NCBI GenBank assembly: GCA_025839675.1
Contig: CP104013.1
Span: 270,001 to 302,000 of the forward strand
Direction: 5' to 3'
DNA: 32,000 bases
DNA from: Candidatus Lokiarchaeum ossiferum
GTDB taxonomy: Archaea > Asgardarchaeota > Lokiarchaeia > Sigyniarchaeales > Promethearchaeaceae
A program made the position numbers and the translations under genes. A model generated the notes under the pieces. That model did no database searches and had not been told where the DNA came from. It was given only the letters and a program-made list of their open reading frames with translations. Of the stretch, positions 18,096 through 25,874 are shown one piece after another (the first letter of the stretch is position 1; the number at the start of each line of letters is the position of its first letter).

Positions 18096-18455
18096 TCAAA
18101 ACAACCTACAAATTCGTCGTAAGTCAAACGAATTGGCAATTATCTAATTTATCAAAGATCTATATAAAGTTTTTAGTGGTGTAAATTGCTAGGATGGCCT
18201 TGTTACAAAGATATGTGATCATAATGCTCCAAAACATTATTTCATTGATCATATTCAAAATAATGATTCAATATTTATTTTTACTTGGAATAAAATCTCA
18301 CTTCTATAACTATGAATATGATATTATATTCAGAATGCTATTAAATATGGTGAATTTAATCTTATTTTTATATCATAAGTAGATAAAAAATTCTAATTTA
18401 ACGACGATTAAAAAAGTACATTCTATTTTGATTTTCGTGAAAGTTTGACAAGTAT

Positions 18456-18932
18456 TTAAAAATTCGTTAAGAATTTCTGATCTTTTCGCTTTAATTCCGA
18501 TGTTTCTTCATAGATTTTTTGAATATAAGTTCTCTGAGTGAAGAAAGAATTCTTTATTTTAACTAATGAATTTTTAATGTCATTTCCATCACCAATATCA
18601 TCGGATATCGACCGACAATTTCTTACTTTATCTTTAATTTGTTTAAAACTTTGGATAAACAAGCGATCTAAATGTGCATCGATTCGATGCGTATTTTGGT
18701 CAAAATAGTAGTCAAATACTTTATGGATATTGAGGATGTTAATATTTAATATACGGCTTTGCAGTTGTCCAAGGTGTTTAATTAAAATCGAATTTACTCC
18801 TGTCATAATATTCCTTTCAGTTTGTATAAGTTGATCATAATCTTCCTTAGATTTATCATGTTCAACTTTCGGACCGCTTTTTTCTACTTTAACAAGCTGT
18901 CCTTGTTCATTTCTGATGTATTTGTTTCTCAT
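18456..18932 (-). CDS. Hypothetical protein, 158 aa (paralog 1 of 2)
   Basis: ATG start. Gapless alignment to 20815..21291 gives 95/158 identities by hand count, with a fully conserved LFIQSFKQIKD block. No known motif recognised. Confidence 0.7.
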   Translation of the reverse strand: MRNKYIRNEQGQLVKVEKSGPKVEHDKSKEDYDQLIQTERNIMTGVNSILIKHLGQLQSRILNINILNIHKVFDYYFDQNTHRIDAHLDRLFIQSFKQIKDKVRNCRSISDDIGDGNDIKNSLVKIKNSFFTQRTYIQKIYEETSELKRKDQKFLTNF

Positions 18933-19556
18933 ACTTAGATTTCACTTCATTATTTGGATTGAATTAAAAAAAGAGCGTGTTTTAGTCCCTTGAATTTTTC
19001 ATCATCATTTTTTTTTTTATTGCTTTGGCATTTCCAAGTTTGGATTCAGATTTTGGGTAAGTATATTTTTCCCCTTAAGTGCTCCATAAACAATTATATT
19101 GAATTTAGTAGGTGATTTTTCTGCACTTAACCTGGAAAGTCTAAAGAATGGCTGATTCAATAAAAAAATGGATCATTATTTTTGTTGTTGCGAGTGAGGG
19201 ATATTAAAATTGTTCAATGGGATTCAAAATAATTGCAACGTATACCTATATAATAGGTACACTTCTTTAAAAAATTTTCTATAAAAATAGAAACTCTCGC
19301 CAAACAATCTCTTGAATTTACTTGGTTATTTAGGACTGCGCTTGAGATTTTCAATATCCAGAATCATTCAGTAATCTTTCAAAAATTCAGCAAAAAAGAA
19401 ATTACTTTTAATAGTATTTTTTGGAGCTAACTCAATCTATTAATTCTTCTTTAGAAAAAAGGATTTTTTACTATAAATAAATCACAAAGATCCAAGGATT
19501 TGTCCCAACTTTTATTCTGAAATTAAAATTTTTAGAAAACTGGGAAATTCAGTTAG

Positions 19557-19564
19557 TTTATATC
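19557..19564 (+). promoter_or_regulatory. TATA-like box TTTATATC inside the 7-bp inverted repeat GTTAGTT-N10-AACTAAC (19552-19575), ~30 nt upstream of ATG 19591
   Basis: Read directly. The spacing predicts a near-leaderless transcript. Confidence 0.35.
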
Positions 19565-19590
19565 TTTGAACTAACTTATGAAGATTAAAA

Positions 19591-20355
19591 ATGTTTCAAT
19601 ACTCAAAGAAGAATCATCAAGTCAAAATTTTTTGTAAAGGTTGTAAAGAAGATATTTCGTTTGCAATTCCAGAAAATCTTTTTCAAAAAGAAAATATCAA
19701 ATATCCTTATGTTTTTAGGTTTGTACATGGGGAACCTCCACACTCCATTTCCATGTATATTGATAAAAATGATTCAATTCGAGGATTTGAATTTGGAGAT
19801 TCTATTACACTTTCGGATGATTTAATTGAAAAAATTATTATTGAAAATGAGTTAAAAGGGGAAGTGAAAAAGGAAAAAGAGAATATTATTATACTCAAAT
19901 CTATTTTTGACACGTTTTCAACAGTAATTGAAGCAAAAGTACCTGAAACAGACAAGTTAGTTCAAAAAAACAATGCAAGTTTAACTTTACAATTGGAATC
20001 GTTGTATGAAACACATGATCATGCTCGATGGGGCGATAAAATTTTCAATATTCAAAAAAAAAATGAAAATTTTGTCATTTCAAACAATAAAGGCGATGTG
20101 TGGGAATTTAATTCTCAAACCAAGAAAAAGAAAATTCTACAACAATCTAAAGACTTGAAATTACATAATAAGTGGTTTCGAATAGTCACAAAAGATGGAA
20201 ATGTCGGATTTGATTATCGAAATATCTATATTGGTATGGATTTTAGTGGAGACTCCGTTATAATTGAACAAATTGGATCAAAATATGTTGTTTCCCATGA
20301 AAATATAATCATAAAAGAACAGGAAGTAAATGAAACCGTAAACAAAAGAACTTAG
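19591..20355 (+). CDS. Hypothetical protein, 254 aa
   Basis: ATG start with a TATA-like box about 30 nt upstream. One CxxC (FCKGCKED) near the N-terminus. No family recognised. Confidence 0.6.
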   Translation: MFQYSKKNHQVKIFCKGCKEDISFAIPENLFQKENIKYPYVFRFVHGEPPHSISMYIDKNDSIRGFEFGDSITLSDDLIEKIIIENELKGEVKKEKENIIILKSIFDTFSTVIEAKVPETDKLVQKNNASLTLQLESLYETHDHARWGDKIFNIQKKNENFVISNNKGDVWEFNSQTKKKKILQQSKDLKLHNKWFRIVTKDGNVGFDYRNIYIGMDFSGDSVIIEQIGSKYVVSHENIIIKEQEVNETVNKRT

Positions 20356-20536
20356 CCTTTTTTTTAATATTAACCATCAATATTGGAAATGCTGGTGCGA
20401 TTTACTATAACTTCGGTGCCAATATGTTCTTTATTTAAAAAAAAACATTGCATAATTAAATCATATGCATAAGTTTTCTGTTTAAAACAATTTTTAATAG
20501 AGGATTTATCCACATGTCTTTCCATTTTCTCTATTA

Positions 20537-20770
20537 CTAATTTTTTAACAAATTTTTAGTTAATTCGATGTCACTTGCGTATGGACCTTTTCGATTCTTT
20601 AGTATTTCAAATTCAACTTTATCTCCCTTTCTGGGTGATATTACTCCAAAATTATATTGATTTATTTCTTCAAAATGAAAAAAAACATCCTTTTTATCTT
20701 GATTTACTGAAATAAAGCCATATCCTTTGATAGAATCATACCATTTTATTTTTCCTTTCTTTTTAATCAT
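20537..20770 (-). CDS. Cold-shock-domain protein (CspA-like)
   Basis: KGKIKWYDSIKGYGFIS (RNP1-like KGYGFI) and DVFFHF (RNP2-like). I place the start at ATG 20770, preceded by GGAGGTGAAA, rather than at the track's TTG at 20782. Confidence 0.8.
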   Translation of the reverse strand: MIKKKGKIKWYDSIKGYGFISVNQDKKDVFFHFEEINQYNFGVISPRKGDKVEFEILKNRKGPYASDIELTKNLLKN

Positions 20771-20814
20771 TTTCACCTCCAAAATTGCTTATATTGATAA
20801 TTAATTTGTTAATT

Positions 20815-21291
20815 TTAATAACCTGATAAAAAACTATGATTATTTTGTTTCAACTCAGCAGTTTGTTTATAAATCTTTTTGATATATTTTCTCTGGGTAA
20901 GAAACGATGTTTTTATTCTTGATAATTGACTTTTGATCTTTGTTTTTTTATTCATCTCATCGGATATCGACCGAGAATTTCTAATCATATCTTTAATTTG
21001 TTTAAAACTTTGAATAAACAAGGTATCAAGGTGTGCATTGATTCGATAGGTATCTTGATTGAAATAATATTCAAATACTTTCTGAATATTTAGAACATTG
21101 GTTTTTAATATTCGCCTTTGCAATTGGCCAAGATGGTTATGCAGCATTTTTTTAATTTCAACCATTATATTACTTTGTTCTTGCTTGAGTTGATGGTAAT
21201 CATCTTGGGATTTATCATGATCCACTTTAGGGCCATGATCTTCAACTTTAACAATTTTTCCATATTCATTCTTGATATATTTGTTTTTCAT
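20815..21291 (-). CDS. Hypothetical protein, 158 aa (paralog 2 of 2)
   Basis: About 60% identical to 18456..18932. Embedded in a co-directional five-gene cluster. Confidence 0.7.
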   Translation of the reverse strand: MKNKYIKNEYGKIVKVEDHGPKVDHDKSQDDYHQLKQEQSNIMVEIKKMLHNHLGQLQRRILKTNVLNIQKVFEYYFNQDTYRINAHLDTLFIQSFKQIKDMIRNSRSISDEMNKKTKIKSQLSRIKTSFLTQRKYIKKIYKQTAELKQNNHSFLSGY

Positions 21292-21341
21292 GTTTTATTT
21301 GCACTCTTTCTTTTAATTCATTTTAAAAAATAGAGGAAGGG

Positions 21342-21545
21342 TTAATTCTGGATGTCTACAAGATTTTGATTTCTGACTTTGATTTTTGTTACTTTAGTTT
21401 TGCCTCGTTTGTTTTTATATTTCCGGAAGAACTCTCCATTTTTTTCAAATAAGATGGGTTTAATGAAGCCATCACCTGGAAATTCCTCTGCTTTTACATA
21501 GATTTTCTTTTTTAAGTTGTAAAATATTTTCGCTGACATTGTCAT
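21342..21545 (-). CDS. Hypothetical small basic protein, 67 aa
   Basis: ATG start 18 nt after the stop of the upstream gene, co-directional within the cluster. Lys/Arg-rich C-terminus. Confidence 0.45.
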   Translation of the reverse strand: MTMSAKIFYNLKKKIYVKAEEFPGDGFIKPILFEKNGEFFRKYKNKRGKTKVTKIKVRNQNLVDIQN

Positions 21546-21563
21546 TTCCTTTTATTTAATTAG

Positions 21564-22175
21564 TTATATTTTTTTTTTTAATAAAATGTAATTTGGAGAC
21601 TGAATTTCAGTCCCATTTATTTCTTCTTCCTCATAATCATAGCCCAAATCTATCCATTTTTGTATATAGGCTTTTCTATCTTTTTGAATTGCAATTTGTA
21701 TGAACTTACAATGAAGTTTTTTCAAATTATATTCGATATACATATGAAAATATTCATTCAATCTGAGATCTGCATAATAGGGATGAATTTTCATATACAA
21801 AATTTGATATACACGTGGTTTATAGGGTGATATAATTCCGATTACTCCCCCAATTAAGTTTTTATTCCCTATTTGAAATAGAGGGACAGATGTCTGTTGG
21901 AGTGCTTTATCTCGATTTAGTTGCAAGAAATCAAATTCCTTAAATGAATCTTGATTCCCATCTAACAGGAGAAAACACCCCTTTCCGTAGAATTGTTGAA
22001 TAATTTTGTAATGGATAGGTTTTAGATCAATATTATCAAATGATTCAAAAAATTGTTTAATTTTTTGAAAATCATGATAATCTGTTTTCTTAATTTGTAG
22101 ATTATTAAAAAAGATATTAATTTGGTTAACTATGGGGCATTTTTTTCGATTCTTTGATATCAATTTGTATTTCAC
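21564..22175 (-). CDS. Hypothetical protein with possible degenerate GNAT fold, 203 aa
   Basis: The C-terminal half, ILYMKIHPYYADLRLNEYFHMYIEYNLKKLHCKFIQIAIQKDRKAYIQKWIDLGYDY, has GNAT-like beta4-alpha3...beta-strand spacing but lacks the Q/RxxGxG/A acetyl-CoA loop. GTG start. Confidence 0.35.
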   Translation of the reverse strand: MKYKLISKNRKKCPIVNQINIFFNNLQIKKTDYHDFQKIKQFFESFDNIDLKPIHYKIIQQFYGKGCFLLLDGNQDSFKEFDFLQLNRDKALQQTSVPLFQIGNKNLIGGVIGIISPYKPRVYQILYMKIHPYYADLRLNEYFHMYIEYNLKKLHCKFIQIAIQKDRKAYIQKWIDLGYDYEEEEINGTEIQSPNYILLKKKI

Positions 22176-22189
22176 TTCATGTCTATTAA

Positions 22190-22375
22190 TTATTTCATAA
22201 TATTATATTCTAAATTCTCCCTCTTTTTTGAGAAGGGAGAGACTTTTGGCCGATTCGGTAAAATAAAATCCTTTTTCATTGAATAATCAAGAAAATCATC
22301 ACCTAATTCCTTATTAAAAATCCTTCTGCACGTATAATTCGTAGGACTTACCCATTTGACTTGAAAATCTTGCAT
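22190..22375 (-). CDS. Hypothetical small protein, 61 aa (first ORF of cluster; coding status uncertain)
   Basis: ATG start directly downstream of the conserved leader. Its first ~45 nt still align weakly with the 5' end of the ORF at 27635. Confidence 0.35.
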   Translation of the reverse strand: MQDFQVKWVSPTNYTCRRIFNKELGDDFLDYSMKKDFILPNRPKVSPFSKKRENLEYNIMK

Positions 22376-22448
22376 TTTAGTCCTTTGCAGATGAATTTAG
22401 ATGGAAATGTGGAAATTATTCTATAAAATCTGAACGATAGGTGTATCA

Positions 22449-22479
22449 ACAACAAATTCAAACCTTATCCTTTTGTTGT
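22449..22479 (-). promoter_or_regulatory. Stem-loop in leader copy 1: ACAACAAA / TTTGTTGT (8 bp) with a 15-nt loop
   Basis: Read directly. Stem arms are conserved in copy 2 while the loop sequence differs. Confidence 0.45.
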
Positions 22480-22551
22480 GAATAATTGGAACGTAATTGT
22501 TTCAATTCGATTATGAATAACTGCCAAGTACTATATTAATTAAGAATTTCT

Positions 22552-22559
22552 CATATAAA
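22552..22559 (-). promoter_or_regulatory. TATA-like box TTTATATG (minus strand) within repeat copy 1; predicts a ~150-nt 5' leader
   Basis: Minus strand reads AAAAATTTTTATATGAG. The homologous TTTATATA occurs at 27804-27811 in copy 2. Confidence 0.4.
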
Positions 22560-23116
22560 AATTTTTCTATCGATTTTGAAGATATTTAATTAATATCTTT
22601 CTAATACAATGGGACATTTAGAAATCTGCTGAAGATCCAGATTATTAACAGTTATTCCGATCTCTTTTAATAGTTAGGATGAAAATAGGCGAAACTTTGG
22701 TGTTTACTTTTATGCGTTATTTTAATGAATTTGGTCTCCTAGATTGCAATTTTGATCCCAGAATGTTTTTTGTATATTTTTACTCATTTATGCTGAAATT
22801 AAGGATTTATTCGTTGTTTAAAATATGGAAAAAATTCAAGTTTAATGAGTTGCAAAACGACATTTGTTACAATTAGATGAGAAAAAACATTTGGTCGATT
22901 AAATTGGAAAAAATTTTAGTATTTTTGGGTAGGAAACGGAAGCGATTTAATTCCATTACAATACAATCAATTTTCAATTTTAACCACAATTTACAATAAT
23001 TTCTTTAGATTATGATCTAAAACATAATATATGGCTAATTTTAGAGCTAAGATTTGTTGTAGTAAACTTTGGGATTTATAGATTATCTAACCTATAATAA
23101 AAAATATTCAATGGCG

Positions 23117-23133
23117 AAAAATAGAGTAAAAAA
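23117..23133 (-). terminator. Two oligo-T tracts (T6 and T5 on minus strand) 7-20 nt after the AsnB-like stop
   Basis: Plus strand cgAAAAAtagagtAAAAAAg, immediately downstream of TAA (23140-23142). Confidence 0.35.
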
Positions 23134-23139
23134 GAAGAG

Positions 23140-24645
23140 TTACACAATAAATACAGAGGTTCGAGGCATATTTTGGATGAATTCTTCGGTAAAACCAAAT
23201 TTCTGATTAAATACTTGCCAATAATGTAATTCTTCCTTATTTTTCAGGATAACTCCTGGAAAAATCTCTTTTTGGTTATTAAAAGCATCATCGGTAAATT
23301 TTTTGTCAAAGTAATCGCGTAAAATAAATTGAGAACCAACACCTTTTGAAAATTTGGCTTTATGACGCTTATATACACTCAATGGGATTATTTTCTTAAA
23401 GCTTTCTCGAATAATCCATTTTTCTAATAGTTCCCCTTCTGCTGTTTTGTAAAGTTTTACTTCTGAAGGAAAAGTAAAGGACAAATCAACAATTTCCTTA
23501 TTGAACCAAGGTGCTCGTGCTTCTATTCCAAATGCATAAGGTATTCTGTCAACCCTTTGTAAACCTGTAGAATGTTCTATTTTTAACATTTCTTCAATTT
23601 CTTTGTCAAATTGTTCAGAAGTAAGTTCTTTCAAATAATCATAACCTCCAAATAATTCATCTCCACCCTCTCCTGTCAACAATACATCCGCTTTTTTACC
23701 GATCTTTGAGCAAATATAGTACATCGGGATAGCGCTCCTTATTAGTGCAGCATCAAAAGTTTCTAGATGGTAAATTACATCATCGATAATTGGAAGCATT
23801 TCTTCTATCGTGATTTTGAAAATATGATGATTTACTTCTGGATACATCTTAGTAAAATTCTTTGCATGTTCAAGATCTGGAGAATTTTCGGCTACTACAG
23901 TATAAACATCGAGATTGGGTATATATTTCTGTGCTAATGCACATATAACGACGGAATCAATACCTCCACTTAATAGTGCAGCAACTTTACCATTCGTCCC
24001 AATTGAATTTTGAACTGCTCTATCTAAGGTTGTGGACAGTTTCTGTTTCATAATATCTAAATCATTGATAGAAGTGGTATTTTCATTAAAATTATAATAT
24101 TTTTTTAATTCAAGTCCTGTTTCCGAAAAAATCATTGCTTGTCCCGGTTCAATGGTGCGTGGTATGCCTGAAAAATGGCTGAAAATTTTCAATTCGGAAG
24201 AAATCAAAAGAAATTCTGGTTGATTCATATAATAAAGAGGATTAAAACCCATCTGATCTCTAACCGCTACAATTTCTTTAGAATTTTTTATTAAAATCGA
24301 GAATTCTCCTATCAATTGTTTAAAAAATGCAATCCCATGTTTTTTATAACCACTTTCAAGATATTTCAAATCAATATTAGTAATAGATGAATTTAATTCC
24401 TTGATTCGTTCATTTGATAAGTAACCATCTATAATTGAAAATCCTTTATTATTTATACTTACTTCCGTATTCATTTGACCTTTGTTTAAGAAAAAAATCC
24501 CCACAGAATTTGGATCGTGGTACGATAGTTTTTTGAAATTGCCACGATGGGCAATTTTTTCAGCGATTTCATGAATATGTTCTATATTGATCGGCTTTTT
24601 TTTATTCTTTTTATGGTAATACACAATTCCTGTCATTTTTTGCAC
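23140..24645 (-). CDS. Asparagine synthetase B-like ATP-dependent amide synthetase with degenerate glutaminase domain (no Cys1)
   Basis: PP-loop ALLSGGIDSVVICALA, LLTGEGGDELFGGYDY, and LQRVDRIPYAFGIEARAPWFNKEIVD. The N-terminus reads M-T-G-I (ATG 24636) where AsnB has M-C-G-I. The track start is GTG 24645. Confidence 0.85.
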   Translation of the reverse strand: MQKMTGIVYYHKKNKKKPINIEHIHEIAEKIAHRGNFKKLSYHDPNSVGIFFLNKGQMNTEVSINNKGFSIIDGYLSNERIKELNSSITNIDLKYLESGYKKHGIAFFKQLIGEFSILIKNSKEIVAVRDQMGFNPLYYMNQPEFLLISSELKIFSHFSGIPRTIEPGQAMIFSETGLELKKYYNFNENTTSINDLDIMKQKLSTTLDRAVQNSIGTNGKVAALLSGGIDSVVICALAQKYIPNLDVYTVVAENSPDLEHAKNFTKMYPEVNHHIFKITIEEMLPIIDDVIYHLETFDAALIRSAIPMYYICSKIGKKADVLLTGEGGDELFGGYDYLKELTSEQFDKEIEEMLKIEHSTGLQRVDRIPYAFGIEARAPWFNKEIVDLSFTFPSEVKLYKTAEGELLEKWIIRESFKKIIPLSVYKRHKAKFSKGVGSQFILRDYFDKKFTDDAFNNQKEIFPGVILKNKEELHYWQVFNQKFGFTEEFIQNMPRTSVFIV

Positions 24646-24649
24646 TTTT

Positions 24650-25834
24650 TTACTTATTAATTGTTAGATATTCACCCTTCAATTTTGAAGGGAGCGATTT
24701 TTGATGGATTCTACTTGCTGAAATTTTATTTCTAGTTAATAATCTCGAAAAACCTCCTTTAACCTTCTTTTGAGGAAAAGTTTGCAAATAGTTATTTATC
24801 GGAAAGCGGATTCGAGATAGAGTTCTTCCATTTTTATAAAAATTAACTCCAAGTAAACTTCCTGCGAGAGTTATGAAAGAATCAATTATTGGGGTTGGAA
24901 TGTTCAGGTATTTACCAAGAGAAGAAAGAGGTATAAGACCTGTTGGTACTTCTTCCATCAAGTATCTGTTATTTAGATCCTTTGGGGCTTTAATCTTTTT
25001 ATAGGGTTCAATAATTCTGAAAGCTTCAAAATAATTAGAGGCATTCACATTATATGAATCTCTTACCCATTGTAAAAATGTTTTTGGGCGAATTCCTAAT
25101 TTGTTTAAAATTAGACATCTTTCCTTATCCATCTCTTTAATAACATTAGCAATTTGCAAAGAAACATCTCTATAGAAAAAAAAATCATTTTTCCTGAGAA
25201 TTGCCCCTGCATTCAAAATTGAAATAGTTGGATGCAAAAGTGCCCCAATATTATTCAAACTTGTTTCTAGAATGTTTGATACAAAATTTAGTTGTGGAAA
25301 AATAGTTTTTAATTCTTTTTGAATTTTAATGTCCTCTCTTTCTGGGTAAAAACAGATGTCCAGAGAATTTTTAATTTTGATAATATCTACTCCCGAATCT
25401 GAGATTTTACGGCATGTAAATAAAAGAGATTGGGTTTCTGCAACCTTAATTCGTAAATTCGGTCGTTTCCGTTTAATAAAATTATAAACTTCAACCGCTC
25501 CAAATGTCCGTCCTGGATTTAAAATAAGAATTTGTCCATCTGATAAAGAAGGTAATATTCTTTCTATAATTTCAATATGAACATGAGCTGGGACCACTAT
25601 GAAAATGTACTTGGAATTGTGGATTAAATTAACATAATTAGGCGATATTCGCCCAATAGGGTAAATTCCCTTCATCAACCCTTTAGATACGATTTTTCCT
25701 GTTCTTAAAATAGTGCTGATGTTTTCATAAGTGCGAAACCCAAGTTTTACTTTAAATCCTAAATCCGATAAATATACAGCAAAAGCACGACCTCCATTAC
25801 CGGCCCCAATAATCGTAATTTCATTTGATTTCAT
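24650..25834 (-). CDS. Opine (octopine/nopaline) dehydrogenase-family NAD(P)-dependent oxidoreductase
   Basis: N-terminal Rossmann motif ITIIGAGNGGRAFAVYL. Central LLHPTISILNAGAI is typical of the Octopine_DH helical domain. GGGAGA RBS upstream. Unusual basic C-terminal tail. Confidence 0.6.
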   Translation of the reverse strand: MKSNEITIIGAGNGGRAFAVYLSDLGFKVKLGFRTYENISTILRTGKIVSKGLMKGIYPIGRISPNYVNLIHNSKYIFIVVPAHVHIEIIERILPSLSDGQILILNPGRTFGAVEVYNFIKRKRPNLRIKVAETQSLLFTCRKISDSGVDIIKIKNSLDICFYPEREDIKIQKELKTIFPQLNFVSNILETSLNNIGALLHPTISILNAGAILRKNDFFFYRDVSLQIANVIKEMDKERCLILNKLGIRPKTFLQWVRDSYNVNASNYFEAFRIIEPYKKIKAPKDLNNRYLMEEVPTGLIPLSSLGKYLNIPTPIIDSFITLAGSLLGVNFYKNGRTLSRIRFPINNYLQTFPQKKVKGGFSRLLTRNKISASRIHQKSLPSKLKGEYLTINK

Positions 25835-25874
25835 TCTTCTCCCTTTTTTTAATTTTTATAAGTATCACTTATTT

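Larger units (their letters stand above)
22392..22695 (-). repeat. Conserved ~300-bp upstream module, copy 1 (promoter plus 5' leader of the 22375..20537 cluster)
   Basis: Aligns with 27642-27945 at roughly two-thirds identity by eye. Identical blocks: AATTATTCTA, AAAATCTGAA, ATCAACAACAAA, TGTTGTGAATAAT, TGAATAA/TGCC/AGTAC/ATATTA, TCATATA..AAAAATTT, TTAGGATGAAAA. Confidence 0.75.

Noticed and set aside
18194-18382. 62-aa plus-strand ORF in the spacer upstream of the C45 gene
   Set aside because: Extremely Ile/Leu/Phe/Asn-rich as expected from random AT-rich DNA, with no RBS and no conservation evidence.
19707-21333. Track ORFs 19707..19955(-) and 21118..21333(+)
   Set aside because: Antisense shadows of the 254-aa and 158-aa genes.
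22392-22695. Possibility that the 300-bp repeat is a MITE or IS remnant
   Set aside because: I could not see terminal inverted repeats, target-site duplications or a transposase fragment. Both copies sit in the same orientation exactly at operon 5' ends. This cannot be excluded without genome-wide copy counts.
22679-22876. 65-aa plus-strand ORF starting at the conserved TTAGGATGAAAA end of repeat copy 1
   Set aside because: The homologous ATG in copy 2 (27931) opens only a 16-codon ORF, so the coding potential is not conserved. The conserved block is more likely regulatory DNA.
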